Part shown: piece by piece, positions 30,409 to 38,685 of the stretch
How the letters are laid out: each line of letters starts with the position of its first letter
Numbering within the stretch: the stretch's first letter is position 1
Virus record (IMG/VR): IMGVR_UViG_3300045988_121860
Span: 1 to 39,938 of that record
DNA: 39,938 nt
Reading direction: 5' to 3' (one strand)
Origin: a virus
Translations under genes and position numbers: made by a program
Notes under the pieces: model-generated
What the model saw: only the letters and a program-made list of their open reading frames with translations
Database searches by the model: none
What the model was told of the DNA's origin: nothing

Positions 30409-31172
30409 GCTGCCCTCTCCTTTCGTCTTGCGGCGGCGGCGAGTAGGTCGCCGACGTGGTATCTGCCTTCGTGGTCGGTGAGGTGGCCCCTGTGTTTCCA
30501 GAGTCGGATGGTACCGGGGCGTGTGGGGTACCCGGCTTGGGTGAGGAGCCGGGCCCCTTCGTCGGGGGTGACTAGCCAGTCGGCGGCCGCCTCCAGGTGG
30601 CTCGCGAGGAGCGGCTGGAGTTCCCACTGGGTGTCGCAGGCCGGGCAGCGCGCCCACGAGGATCCCGCCGCCGCGTAGACGGGCTGGTCGCAGATACCCC
30701 GGTCCCCCAGGTCGGTGAGGCACCGCCCGTAGAAGCGAGCATCCTCGGGGACGTCCACGAGCGCCGTGATGGCCCGGATAGCGGCCAGGACCTCGGGGAT
30801 GAGGGTCGCTAGCTCGGGCCGGCCGGGGTGCGCGGACGCGCCCCTGAGCGCCCATGAGACCTCCGTCCATGTCTGCGGGGTGTTGGCCCCGAGGAGGTCA
30901 TGTGTCGCCCACTTCGCCCATTTGAGTAGCGTCCTCTCGTGGGCGCTCGCGGCCTGGACGACGCCCAAGCGGACCGGGGGTCGGCTGCACGGCGTGGTGG
31001 CAGCCCCGCCGCCTTGGCCGCGCCTGAGCCCGGCCTTGGCGGCGTCGAGGGCGCCCATGAGCGCCACGATGCCGTGGGAGGCCTCTGCGAGCCGCTGGCA
31101 GGCCGTGACGCTCACGTACCGGTCACCTCGCAGCGGCTCCCCCGTCACGGGACAGGAACGGGCGTCAGTCAC
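30405..31172 (-). CDS. Zn-ribbon + C-terminal MerR/excisionase-type HTH protein (255 aa); candidate late-gene regulator
   Basis: ORF 30405..31304 trimmed to the GTG at 31172, which overlaps the upstream stop region. CDQPVYAAAGSSWARCPACDTQW is a zinc ribbon. LVTPDEGARLLTQAGYPTRPGTIRLWKHRGHL is HTH-like. The start is uncertain. Confidence 0.5.
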   Translation of the reverse strand: MTDARSCPVTGEPLRGDRYVSVTACQRLAEASHGIVALMGALDAAKAGLRRGQGGGAATTPCSRPPVRLGVVQAASAHERTLLKWAKWATHDLLGANTPQTWTEVSWALRGASAHPGRPELATLIPEVLAAIRAITALVDVPEDARFYGRCLTDLGDRGICDQPVYAAAGSSWARCPACDTQWELQPLLASHLEAAADWLVTPDEGARLLTQAGYPTRPGTIRLWKHRGHLTDHEGRYHVGDLLAAAARRKERAA

Positions 31173-31359
31173 CGTCGCCCCCGCCCTGGGCTCGCTTGGC
31201 GGCGTAGCGGATGGCGTCGGCGATCTGCTGGACGGCCCTCTCCGCCGTCTCGGCGCGCTCGCGGAGGCCCCTGATCTGGATGAGCGCGAGCCACAGGGCG
31301 ACACTCAGGCACAGGGGCAGGAGGACAGTCGCCGCCCACTGGAGCAGTCCGAGCCACAT
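31165..31359 (-). CDS. Small membrane-anchored protein (64 aa)
   Basis: Met13 of ORF 31165..31395 (MWLGLLQWAATVLLPLCLSVALWLALIQI...). Its start shares one nt with the upstream stop (TGATG). Confidence 0.55.
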   Translation of the reverse strand: MWLGLLQWAATVLLPLCLSVALWLALIQIRGLRERAETAERAVQQIADAIRYAAKRAQGGGDGD

Positions 31360-32042
31360 CACTTGTCCTCCTCCTCGATAATCTGGGCGGCCCACGCGAG
31401 GGCGTAGGCACCGGCGTCGATGAGGTCATGACGCGGCGAGAAGTTATCGCACAGGGCGGTAGTCACGTCCCCCACGAGGGAGGAGAGGACGATGAAGCTT
31501 CCTGAGTCGGAAAGCACCTCGATCCTCGCTCGTGCGGCCTCCAGGGAGTCGCGGCGCGGGTTCTCCAGGTCGGCCCAGTCGACGCAGATGCGGGCGACCA
31601 TGGCGAGCGGGGCGACCTTGCGGGATGCGCTCTGGACGCTGGCGAGGGCGTCCAGGAGGAGCGAGAGGCGGTCTGCCGGCAGGGTCTCGGCGTCGACCAT
31701 AGGGGCCCCCGCGATGTCCTTGACGCGGGTGACGGCCCGGGCGAGCGCGGTGGGCTTGTCGACAGTCAGGTAGGAGAGGACTTCCAGGAGGGGTGGCTCC
31801 AGGGACTCGATTACGTCGATCCCCCGGAACGCGTCCTGTAGGCGCTTGAGCGCGGCGGTGGGGACGGGGGTAATATCCTCCCATTTATCGATGCGTACAC
31901 CGAAGTAGCCTTGCGGAAGGAAGTGCGTATCAATCCCGTATCCACCGTGCGTCGCCCTCACCGCGAATTTCCCGTCAATTGGGCTGCCATGAATACTGCC
32001 CTTAATGATGCGGATGAGGGGTGCTGTAGGCCAGTTGGTCAT
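31359..32042 (-). CDS. Hypothetical protein (227 aa)
   Basis: ORF 31359..32228 trimmed to Met63 (MTNWPTAPLIRIIKG...) after AGGAGTAACC. The extension is Arg/His/Pro shadow sequence. Confidence 0.65.
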   Translation of the reverse strand: MTNWPTAPLIRIIKGSIHGSPIDGKFAVRATHGGYGIDTHFLPQGYFGVRIDKWEDITPVPTAALKRLQDAFRGIDVIESLEPPLLEVLSYLTVDKPTALARAVTRVKDIAGAPMVDAETLPADRLSLLLDALASVQSASRKVAPLAMVARICVDWADLENPRRDSLEAARARIEVLSDSGSFIVLSSLVGDVTTALCDNFSPRHDLIDAGAYALAWAAQIIEEEDK

Positions 32043-32044
32043 GG

Positions 32045-32293
32045 TTACTCCTGAGTCTTGATGCCGAGGGTGGCGGCGGTTTCGGGGGTGATGTCGATGG
32101 GGTCTTTTGCGGCGGCGGCGATGGTGAGCCGGTTTGCGATTCGGAGTTGTTCGCCGACTTCGAGGACGGCCTGGGTGAGGGCTATGAGTGCGGCTGTCGG
32201 GTATCGCGCATGGTCGGTTGCTTTCCACATGCTCTCGTTGACTGCGTCGAGGAGTTCGGCCGCTTCGTCGCGCCTGAGTACATGGTCGGTCAT
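32045..32293 (-). CDS. Hypothetical protein (82 aa)
   Basis: ORF track with balanced composition. Confidence 0.6.
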   Translation of the reverse strand: MTDHVLRRDEAAELLDAVNESMWKATDHARYPTAALIALTQAVLEVGEQLRIANRLTIAAAAKDPIDITPETAATLGIKTQE

Positions 32294-32308
32294 TTCGGTC
32301 TCCTGGGG

Positions 32309-32515
32309 TTACTGGGTTCGGATTGTGAGGTCTTCTGTGGTGGCTTCATGGCCGCATTTTTTGCAGCGGATGATGGCTATTTGCCCCCAGTGGACTCGGG
32401 TGACGTGGTGCGGTCGCTCACTGTTCCCGACCGCATGGAATTCGACTGTCACTTCCGGTTGAAGGTAGTGGTCGCCGCACCGGATTCGGTACTTGTCTGG
32501 GTCGTATACGGCCAT
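32309..32515 (-). CDS. Hypothetical Cys4 zinc-ribbon-like protein (68 aa)
   Basis: ORF track. RCGDHY...RCKKCGHE. Confidence 0.55.
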   Translation of the reverse strand: MAVYDPDKYRIRCGDHYLQPEVTVEFHAVGNSERPHHVTRVHWGQIAIIRCKKCGHEATTEDLTIRTQ

Positions 32516-32516
32516 G

Positions 32517-32654
32517 TCAGCCTCCGATGATTGCGCGCCAGGTGGCGGTGATGATCCAGATGATGACGCTGATGACAGCGAAGCACGCGGCCATGGCGAG
32601 GGTGAGGCCGACGGCGTATCCGAGGCGCTGGCTGAAGGTGGGGTTGGGTTTCAT
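32517..32654 (-). CDS. Small membrane protein (45 aa)
   Basis: Met64 of ORF 32517..32843 (MKPNPTFSQRLGYAVGLTLAMAACFAVISVIIWIITATWRAIIGG) after AGGAGA. Confidence 0.5.
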   Translation of the reverse strand: MKPNPTFSQRLGYAVGLTLAMAACFAVISVIIWIITATWRAIIGG

Positions 32655-32727
32655 TGGGTCTCCTAGGGTGATTGTGGGTTGGGGGTGGTGGCTGGCCCCG
32701 GCGTGGTGTCGGGGCCAGCCGTTGGGT

Positions 32728-33222
32728 TTAGAAGGGGGGCTCGCCGGGGTGGGCGCCCCCGGTCCCCCACGGGTCCTGGGCCGCCGTGGGGACGTTCCCC
32801 GACCCGAACGCCGCAGGCTGTGCAGGCTGCTGCGCGAACCCACCCTGCTGGCCGGTGGGGGCCTGCTTCGTCACCTGGGCGCGCTGCCTGCGCAGGTCCG
32901 GGCCTATGTGGTCCACTTCGAGTTGCAGGACGCTGCGGTTCTCGCCTTCGCGGGTGGTGTAGTCCCGCTGGCCTAGGCGTCCCTGGGCGATGACCCACAT
33001 GCCCTTGCGTAGGGACTCGGCGACGTTCTCAGCCATGTCGCCCCATGCGCTGGCTCGCATCCACATGGTTGTGCCGTCCGTCCACTGGGAGGCGCTGCGG
33101 TCGTAGCGGCTCGGGGTGGAGGCGATGGAGAGGTTCGCGACGGGTTTCCCTGCCGGGGTGAACCGGAGTTCCGGGTCCTGACCGAGAACGCCGCACACGG
33201 TGATTACGGTTTCGTTAGCCAA
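32728..33222 (-). CDS. ssb: Single-stranded DNA-binding protein
   Basis: 164 aa. It has an OB-fold N-terminus (VITVCGVLGQDPELRFTPAGKPVANLSIASTP...WMRASAWGDMAENVAESLRKG), a Gly/Gln/Pro-rich linker and an acidic tip ending EPPF. The TTG start follows GGAAGGAAAAG. Confidence 0.9.
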   Translation of the reverse strand: MANETVITVCGVLGQDPELRFTPAGKPVANLSIASTPSRYDRSASQWTDGTTMWMRASAWGDMAENVAESLRKGMWVIAQGRLGQRDYTTREGENRSVLQLEVDHIGPDLRRQRAQVTKQAPTGQQGGFAQQPAQPAAFGSGNVPTAAQDPWGTGGAHPGEPPF

Positions 33223-33252
33223 TGGCTTTTCCTTCCTGGGGAGTGGTCATAT

Positions 33253-33288
33253 TGTCGCGTTTTCGCCCGGTTTTCGCGAATCGCGACA
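33253..33288. promoter_or_regulatory. TCGCGA-type motif cluster upstream of ssb
   Basis: TGTCGCG-TTTTCGCCC-GG-TTTTCGCGAA-TCGCGACA. The outer inverted repeat is TGTCGCG/CGCGACA, and there are two perfect TCGCGA (33274, 33281). GGTTTTCGCGAATCG resembles GGTTTCGCGAATGG at 115-128. The cluster is non-coding. Confidence 0.5.
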
Positions 33289-33314
33289 TGCCGGGATGAT
33301 TCGAGTGCGGCTGG

Positions 33315-33545
33315 TCATCGCTTCTCCGTATTTGACGAGACCGTGACATGTTCGGCCAGGATCAAAACCTGGAGTGCGACCAGCCCGTCATCGAACGGGA
33401 CTATCCTCGGGTTCTCCCGTACGAACCAGGGGAACCGGTCTCCGTCGACGAAGATTTCGCTACCAGAGACGGTGATCTCCTTAGCGAGCCGCACGTCGTC
33501 GACCTGGGCGGGGATGTCTCTTGACTTGGGGGCTGTAGGGGTCAT
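33315..33545 (-). CDS. Hypothetical protein (76 aa)
   Basis: ORF track. ATGA overlap with the upstream stop at 33542-33545. Confidence 0.6.
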   Translation of the reverse strand: MTPTAPKSRDIPAQVDDVRLAKEITVSGSEIFVDGDRFPWFVRENPRIVPFDDGLVALQVLILAEHVTVSSNTEKR

Positions 33546-33880
33546 GATTCCTTCTCAGGGGTGTAGACGATGATGTAGGGAGTGCCGTCGTCAGGTAGCG
33601 TGTGGTGCATGCAGCAGCAGCCACCAATGGGTTCCCAGCCGTTTGCCTCGTAGTGCTGCCAGGCATCCCCGTTCTTGTCGACGACGACGGTATCGATGGG
33701 CAGGTCACTCCCGTCACCCTCAACCGGACGCGGGGCGTGCTCCTTGAGGCTGTCGATCTCCTCCTCCAAGATGGCGATGTGGTGGATGAGCGCGTAGATG
33801 TCGATAATCGCGCTCTCGTAGCCGCACTTCTCGTACTCGTAGTTCCTGAGCTTGTCGACAATCCTGGCCGGGACGCTCAT
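33542..33880 (-). CDS. Hypothetical protein (112 aa)
   Basis: ORF 33542..33976 trimmed to Met33 (MSVPARIVDKLRNYEYEK...). ATGA overlap with the stop of 33877..34137. Confidence 0.6.
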   Translation of the reverse strand: MSVPARIVDKLRNYEYEKCGYESAIIDIYALIHHIAILEEEIDSLKEHAPRPVEGDGSDLPIDTVVVDKNGDAWQHYEANGWEPIGGCCCMHHTLPDDGTPYIIVYTPEKES

Positions 33881-34137
33881 TTCTCCTCCAGCATTTTGAT
33901 CGTGGAGTTGAGGTGGTAGTTCTCTTCCCGGAGGGTGGAAATCGTGTCCTTGAGTTCGGTGATCCTGGCCCGGCACTCGTTGGCGTGATCCAGGAGGTCC
34001 TCGATGTCGTCGGCCATGGCCTCGGGGTCTCCGCTGGCTGCTCCTCCGTAGCCTTTTCCTTCCCGGTAGGAGTTCAGCGAGTCGCGGATGTCCTTGGTGT
34101 TCCAGAGCCAGGGATGCCGGGTGGCGGGGGTAGTCAT
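33877..34137 (-). CDS. Hypothetical coiled-coil protein (86 aa)
   Basis: ORF track. The C-terminal segment is RARITELKDTISTLREENYHLNSTIKMLEEK. Confidence 0.6.
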   Translation of the reverse strand: MTTPATRHPWLWNTKDIRDSLNSYREGKGYGGAASGDPEAMADDIEDLLDHANECRARITELKDTISTLREENYHLNSTIKMLEEK

Positions 34138-34138
34138 T

Positions 34139-34639
34139 TCAGTTCCCTCCGTCCTGGTAGCGGGTGAGCCAGGCGAGGGCGAGGGCGCCTACCTGGGTGA
34201 CTTCGGCGATGAGGTCGGCGTTGTGGCCCGTGTCCTGGGCGTTGTCGTAGGTGAGGGCGGCAGCCACCTCCCCGACCTCCTCAGCCAATGCGTAGAAGCG
34301 CGACTCGTCCGTGTGACCGTCCGCGTCCAGCGTCATCCCCGGATGCTTGACGGCAGCCCGCTCGTACTCAGCGACGAACGCGGCCGCCGGGTCCTCGACG
34401 CCGTAATCGAAGAGGGTGGAAGCCGCGTCAGCGGCGATCTCACGCAGCGCCCCCGTGATAACGTTGCGCCGCTTGATCTCGGGCGTGACCTCGCCGTTGG
34501 CATTCTTGCCGATGACCGCCGACCCGATGAGGGCGAGACGTAGGTGCCAGCGAGAGACGGAGTGGAGCGTCGAGTCGCTGAGGACCCCCGCAGCAGCCGC
34601 GATCTTCTTGGCGGTCTCAGTGAATGGACAGTTGGTCAT
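34139..34639 (-). CDS. MazG-like nucleotide pyrophosphohydrolase candidate (166 aa)
   Basis: ORF track. ALAEEVGEVAAALTYD and DLIAEVTQVGALALAWL resemble the EExxE/helix pattern of all-alpha NTP-PPases. Confidence 0.5.
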   Translation of the reverse strand: MTNCPFTETAKKIAAAAGVLSDSTLHSVSRWHLRLALIGSAVIGKNANGEVTPEIKRRNVITGALREIAADAASTLFDYGVEDPAAAFVAEYERAAVKHPGMTLDADGHTDESRFYALAEEVGEVAAALTYDNAQDTGHNADLIAEVTQVGALALAWLTRYQDGGN

Positions 34640-34697
34640 GGTGTTCCTTCCGGTGGGTGTGGGTGATGAGGATGAGGGTGATGAGGAGGACGGTCAT
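34617..34697 (-). CDS. Possible 26-aa hydrophobic micro-ORF bridging two genes
   Basis: Own translation: MTVLLITLILITHTHRKEHHDQLSIH. The ATG forms an ATGA overlap with the stop of 34694..34915, and the 3' end overlaps the MazG-like start. It could equally be non-coding spacer. Confidence 0.3.
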   Translation of the reverse strand: MTVLLITLILITHTHRKEHHDQLSIH

Positions 34698-34915
34698 GCC
34701 GCCTCCGTGGGGTGGTGGGGGCAGACGACTTCCCCGTCCATGTCGTCGGTGATCTCCCAGCCGAGACGGCGCGCGAGGGCGTAGGCGGCGTTGAGGAGAG
34801 TGATGTTCCGGTCCGTGTCGTCGGGGCCTTCGGGGAGGTCGATCCGCGCCTCACAGCCGGGCCAGTCACAGGACATCGACACATAGGCCCGCCGAACCGG
34901 GATGACCTGGATCAT
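34694..34915 (-). CDS. Hypothetical protein (73 aa)
   Basis: ORF 34694..35068 trimmed to Met52 (MIQVIPVRRAYVSMSCDWPGCEARIDL...). ATGA overlap with the upstream stop. Confidence 0.55.
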   Translation of the reverse strand: MIQVIPVRRAYVSMSCDWPGCEARIDLPEGPDDTDRNITLLNAAYALARRLGWEITDDMDGEVVCPHHPTEAA

Positions 34916-35118
34916 CGCGACCTCGCCTCCACCGAGACGCACCCCAAGCCGAGGAGGGAGACAGTGCAGAGGTAGGATAATCCGAGGCCAGCTACCCACT
35001 TCACCCACATCGCGACCGCTAGGGTGCGCACCAGCATGGCGAGGGCAATGAACGCGCCGAGCACGCACACTGCGACGAAGGCAAACAGGCAGAGCGCCAG
35101 GAAGTCGCGTGCGCCCAT
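34912..35118 (-). CDS. Small two-TM membrane protein (68 aa)
   Basis: ORF 34912..35235 trimmed to Met40 (MGARDFLALCLFAFVAVCVLGAFIALAMLV...). Confidence 0.55.
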   Translation of the reverse strand: MGARDFLALCLFAFVAVCVLGAFIALAMLVRTLAVAMWVKWVAGLGLSYLCTVSLLGLGCVSVEARSR

Positions 35119-35119
35119 C

Positions 35120-35902
35120 TCACTGCCCCCCGTCCTGGAAGAGGTCGGTGGGGTCGGGGTACTGCTGGGGCTGCTCGACGGCAGGGGTAAGGCGGCGGGC
35201 GCCGCCGTCAACGCCCAGGTCACGCATGAGCCCATCCACCGTGAACCCCTGAATCGGGAGATGCTGCCCCTGCGCCGCCTTCACCTTCAAAGACCGCAGG
35301 CCCGTCAGGTACGTCTCCCCAGGCGCCCGCATCTCCACGGTCCCCGTCACCTCGAACGGCAAGGACTTCTCCGCACGCACCTTCCACGTCTTGTCCGTCG
35401 TCGGCCGCCCATTCGCCATGACCGTCACCTGCTCCAGGCGCGCGGTCACGAGCACAGGGCCGGGGTGAGAGTTGAGCGCGGTCACGAGCTTGCGCCACTG
35501 CCGCTTCGCCGTGTTCCACTGGTCGATCGTCATGGAGGTCTTGCCGCGTCGGATGGTGACGGCTTCCTGCTCGCCGATGAGCATGTCCCAGATGTTGGTG
35601 ATGGAGTCGACGACGATGCAGTTCGGCTTACCGCCGCGGGTGGGTTCGGCGCTGGCGTCTCGGACGGCCTGGAGGATGGACGCCATGGTGCCGTCGTGCT
35701 CGACGATCTCGTAGCGGACGCCCGGCAGGCTGCCGTACATGTCGGCGTCGGATTCGCCGACCTCGATCCAGAACGTGCGGCCGATCAGGTCGGAGGCGCT
35801 GAACGCTGCGGCGGCGTAGGACTTGCCGGACTTCTCCGCGCCGGCGAGGAGGAGGAACGGCCAGGAGACCTGCCCGGTCGGCTTGCGTGTCTTGAGAGCC
35901 AT
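35120..35902 (-). CDS. RecA-fold AAA ATPase, Sak4-like recombination protein (260 aa)
   Basis: ORF 35120..36055 trimmed to Met52 (MALKTRKPTGQVSWPFLLLAGAEKSGKSYAAA...). It has Walker A GAEKSGKS and Walker B-like CIVVDSITN, and lies next to the exonuclease. Confidence 0.65.
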   Translation of the reverse strand: MALKTRKPTGQVSWPFLLLAGAEKSGKSYAAAAFSASDLIGRTFWIEVGESDADMYGSLPGVRYEIVEHDGTMASILQAVRDASAEPTRGGKPNCIVVDSITNIWDMLIGEQEAVTIRRGKTSMTIDQWNTAKRQWRKLVTALNSHPGPVLVTARLEQVTVMANGRPTTDKTWKVRAEKSLPFEVTGTVEMRAPGETYLTGLRSLKVKAAQGQHLPIQGFTVDGLMRDLGVDGGARRLTPAVEQPQQYPDPTDLFQDGGQ

Positions 35903-35904
35903 GG

Positions 35905-36762
35905 TCAGTCCTTGTCTGAGTCGAGGTAGTAGGCGGGGGCGGAGATCTGGTGGACTTCGGCGGGGATACCAGGCCAGTCCCCCGATTCGAGGCAGTCCCG
36001 GTACAGGCGCAGCGCCTTCTCCACCTTCGTCTTTCCGAGGTCGTCGAAGCTCCAATCCATCTCGCAGACGGACACGAGGTATGGGGCGCGCTTGGAGACG
36101 ACGACGTGGAGGAAGCGGGCGTCCTCGCTGGTGAGGTCACGCCAGATGCGCCGGTACCAGGCTCGCTGCACGTCGTAGCCGTAGCGGGCGGCCGCCCTCG
36201 TGAAGGCGTCGGGCTGGGCGTCGTCCGTGGTCTTCAGGTCCACCAGGACGTGCGCGCCGTCCCCTCCGACGGGGGGCATGATCCAGTCGAGGCGTCCACG
36301 CATCCACACGCCGGTTCCGGGGTCCTCGTTGAAGACGCTGACCTCCGGGTCCCCGTCGGCGAAGATGCGACGGCACAGGGGGTGCTCGGTGACGGCGGCG
36401 GCGCAGTCGTGGATGGCGTCGTAGATGTCCTCCTTCAGGGGGATTCCACCGTCGGCGCGGACGCCGGCTGCCCACTCGCGGGCCGCCTTCGTCCCCGTCG
36501 AACCGGACGCGGACAGCACATCCTCCGGGTAGCACTCCAGGTGCGCTCCCACGCCGAGCACGAGCGAGTGGACGGCGCTCCCGAAGTCGAACTCCGGGCG
36601 GGGCGCTCGCGGCGAGTTCCGGTAGTGGTGGAGGGCCGCGGGGGCGTCCAGGATCATCTTGGCTTCAGTGGATGACAGGGAGCGGTGGAGGGTCGGGTCG
36701 GAGTGATACCACTGCTCGTCGAGGCCGTGATAGATGCCTGGCTTGTCGATGATGAGGCTCAT
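35905..36762 (-). CDS. PD-(D/E)XK exonuclease (RecE/Cas4-like) (285 aa)
   Basis: ORF 35905..36921 trimmed to Met54 (MSLIIDKPGIYHGLDEQWYHSDP...), with an ATGA overlap with the upstream stop. The motifs are RGRLDWI...VLVDLKTT...YDVQRAWY. Confidence 0.7.
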   Translation of the reverse strand: MSLIIDKPGIYHGLDEQWYHSDPTLHRSLSSTEAKMILDAPAALHHYRNSPRAPRPEFDFGSAVHSLVLGVGAHLECYPEDVLSASGSTGTKAAREWAAGVRADGGIPLKEDIYDAIHDCAAAVTEHPLCRRIFADGDPEVSVFNEDPGTGVWMRGRLDWIMPPVGGDGAHVLVDLKTTDDAQPDAFTRAAARYGYDVQRAWYRRIWRDLTSEDARFLHVVVSKRAPYLVSVCEMDWSFDDLGKTKVEKALRLYRDCLESGDWPGIPAEVHQISAPAYYLDSDKD

Positions 36763-37052
36763 AGCGGGTAGGTCCTTACGCGGCTGGGTGTGGGTGCTGG
36801 TGAGATGCAGGGGTGACCGGCGGCGGCGAGTTCGGCGACGGTGGGGTTGCCGCGCCGCTTGGGCTCGTGGCGCACGCGGTCGCTTAGACGGATGCCCGCG
36901 CGGCGTCTGGCCGCACTGCATGGGCGACAGAGGCCGTTCCCGTGGTGGAGGCGCGTGCCGGGCCAGTCAGTCACGAGGGACATGGAGGGGCGAAGTCGTC
37001 TCCCACAGTCACGGCAGCGCTGCGGCTGCGACCAGTCCAGGGTGGTCTTCAT
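36759..37052 (-). CDS. Zinc-ribbon hypothetical protein (97 aa)
   Basis: ORF 36759..37196 trimmed to Met49 (MKTTLDWSQPQRCRDCGRRL...GLCRPC). ATGA overlaps at both ends. Confidence 0.55.
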   Translation of the reverse strand: MKTTLDWSQPQRCRDCGRRLRPSMSLVTDWPGTRLHHGNGLCRPCSAARRRAGIRLSDRVRHEPKRRGNPTVAELAAAGHPCISPAPTPSRVRTYPL

Positions 37053-37531
37053 TGGAGGTACCCCCCGTCCTTGACCATGTCTGCGGACGTGAGGACGTCG
37101 GTGACCGCGCCGTCTAGGGCGGCTAGCGGCCCGTTCAGGGCGACGCTGGCGAGATCCGTGATGGCCTGCTGCTCGACGGCGGCGAGGTTGACCCACTTCC
37201 TGATCTGGTCACCCCTGGATTGCTTGACGAGCCGGGACCGGACGCCACGGTAGTGGCCCTCGGGGGTGCGGAGGAGGATCTGCCCGCTGAGCGAGGTGAC
37301 AGTGAGGTCGCCGGGCTGCCCGGTGGGGCGTCGCTCCCCGTCGACGACGAGGATCATGGGCGCTGCCGGCCATGGTGTGGGCTCCTCGGGGGCGGCTTCC
37401 AGAATGACCACCTCGGTGCAGTCGTCGATGGCGTCGGCGCTGCTGGCGGTGACCCTCGCCGTGTGCCATGTGCCGTCTGCGTCTCGGCAGGCGACGACGT
37501 CGCCCAGTCGCGGATGGTGGTGGCGGCTCAC
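37049..37531 (-). CDS. Hypothetical protein (160 aa)
   Basis: ORF 37049..37612 trimmed to the GTG at 37531, which forms a GTGA overlap with the stop of 37528..37752. Confidence 0.55.
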   Translation of the reverse strand: MSRHHHPRLGDVVACRDADGTWHTARVTASSADAIDDCTEVVILEAAPEEPTPWPAAPMILVVDGERRPTGQPGDLTVTSLSGQILLRTPEGHYRGVRSRLVKQSRGDQIRKWVNLAAVEQQAITDLASVALNGPLAALDGAVTDVLTSADMVKDGGYLQ

Positions 37532-37752
37532 TGCTCGCCCCTCTCGGTGATCTGGATGAGGCAGTGCTCGCGGCGGATGAGGCCGGTCTGGAGTGAGCCG
37601 ACGTGGCTCCACCCGTCGCGCTGGAGCTTGCGGACCTGGCGGCGGCCGATCGGCCCCCAGGTGGGGATCCAGCGGGCGTCGTAGATGCGGAGGCGGGCCA
37701 CCGTCTGGTCGCCCTCACTGCTGGAGGTGGTTATGTCGATCTCGGGGTACAT
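37528..37752 (-). CDS. Hypothetical protein (74 aa)
   Basis: ORF track. AGGAAGGAA lies upstream of the ATG. Confidence 0.6.
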   Translation of the reverse strand: MYPEIDITTSSSEGDQTVARLRIYDARWIPTWGPIGRRQVRKLQRDGWSHVGSLQTGLIRREHCLIQITERGEQ

Positions 37753-37781
37753 GGGGTGTTCCTTCCTGGGGAGGTTGGGGG

Positions 37782-38042
37782 TTAGAGGCCGTCGACGAGA
37801 GTGTCAGAGTCGACGTAGAGGAGGTTGGCGAGCGAGTCGAGGAGCCGCGCCCGGTTGGTGGCGTGCCGGCCGATCGCACCCCAGGGGAGGTTGGCGTCGA
37901 TCCGGCCGGCCCCGCGCCACTGCCGGTCCCGCTCATCGAGGGCCGCAGCCTCCGAGTCCTGGTAGTCGGCGCAGGCGCACAGGAACTCGGCTGCGTCGGT
38001 GACGTCGACGCCATCGCCGCCGATGTGGTCGAGGCGGCTCAC
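37782..38042 (-). CDS. Hypothetical protein (86 aa)
   Basis: ORF 37782..38057 trimmed to the GTG at 38042, which forms a GTGA overlap with the stop of 38039..38632. Confidence 0.5.
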   Translation of the reverse strand: MSRLDHIGGDGVDVTDAAEFLCACADYQDSEAAALDERDRQWRGAGRIDANLPWGAIGRHATNRARLLDSLANLLYVDSDTLVDGL

Positions 38043-38632
38043 AGGTCCGCCACCCATGCCATCCAGGCGGTGGTCTCCTCGGCGAGGTCATTGGAGGAGA
38101 GGGTGTCGTCCCTGGTGGGGGTAGCCCACACGCCGCCGTCCTCGTCGTCGATGCGGGTCCAAGATCGGCCGGACTCGTCACGGACGACGGTGCCGACGGG
38201 GAGGACCTGGAGGTCGTAGGAGTACATGCGGGCCTGACCGCAGGTGGAGTTGGTGACGGCGCAGAGGATGGACTGGAGGCGGGCGATCTGGTCGGCGTGG
38301 ATGCTGGCGGCATTGTCGGCGGCCGTCTTCCACTGGTTCCGGTAGAGGTCCACCTGGCCCTTGAGTTGGTCGATGGTGTCGCGCTGTTCGCGGATGGTCT
38401 GGGCGAGGGCCTGCTCGCTGAGGGTGGGCTCCGCAGCCTCGGCGACCTGCTGGGCCTTGCGCTGGTCGGCGGCGAGGTAGAGGAGGCTGATCGCCCCGAT
38501 GGCGTCTCCGCCTGCCCGGTCGAGGAGGTCGCGGGCTTTGGTGGCGTAGGTGGCGGCCGCGTCGTCGCGGGCTTGGGCGCAGGTGGCGAAGTCGCCGCGC
38601 ACCGGCTTGGGGTAGAGGTTTTCGATCCTCAT
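38039..38632 (-). CDS. Hypothetical protein (197 aa), first gene behind the second operator-controlled promoter
   Basis: ORF track. AAAGGAC lies upstream. The central region is coiled-coil-like. No family recognised. Confidence 0.65.
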   Translation of the reverse strand: MRIENLYPKPVRGDFATCAQARDDAAATYATKARDLLDRAGGDAIGAISLLYLAADQRKAQQVAEAAEPTLSEQALAQTIREQRDTIDQLKGQVDLYRNQWKTAADNAASIHADQIARLQSILCAVTNSTCGQARMYSYDLQVLPVGTVVRDESGRSWTRIDDEDGGVWATPTRDDTLSSNDLAEETTAWMAWVADL

Positions 38633-38685
38633 TTTTTACGGTCCTTTGTTCTGGGGATTGGGTAGGTTGGGTTGGGGTGCCCGCG

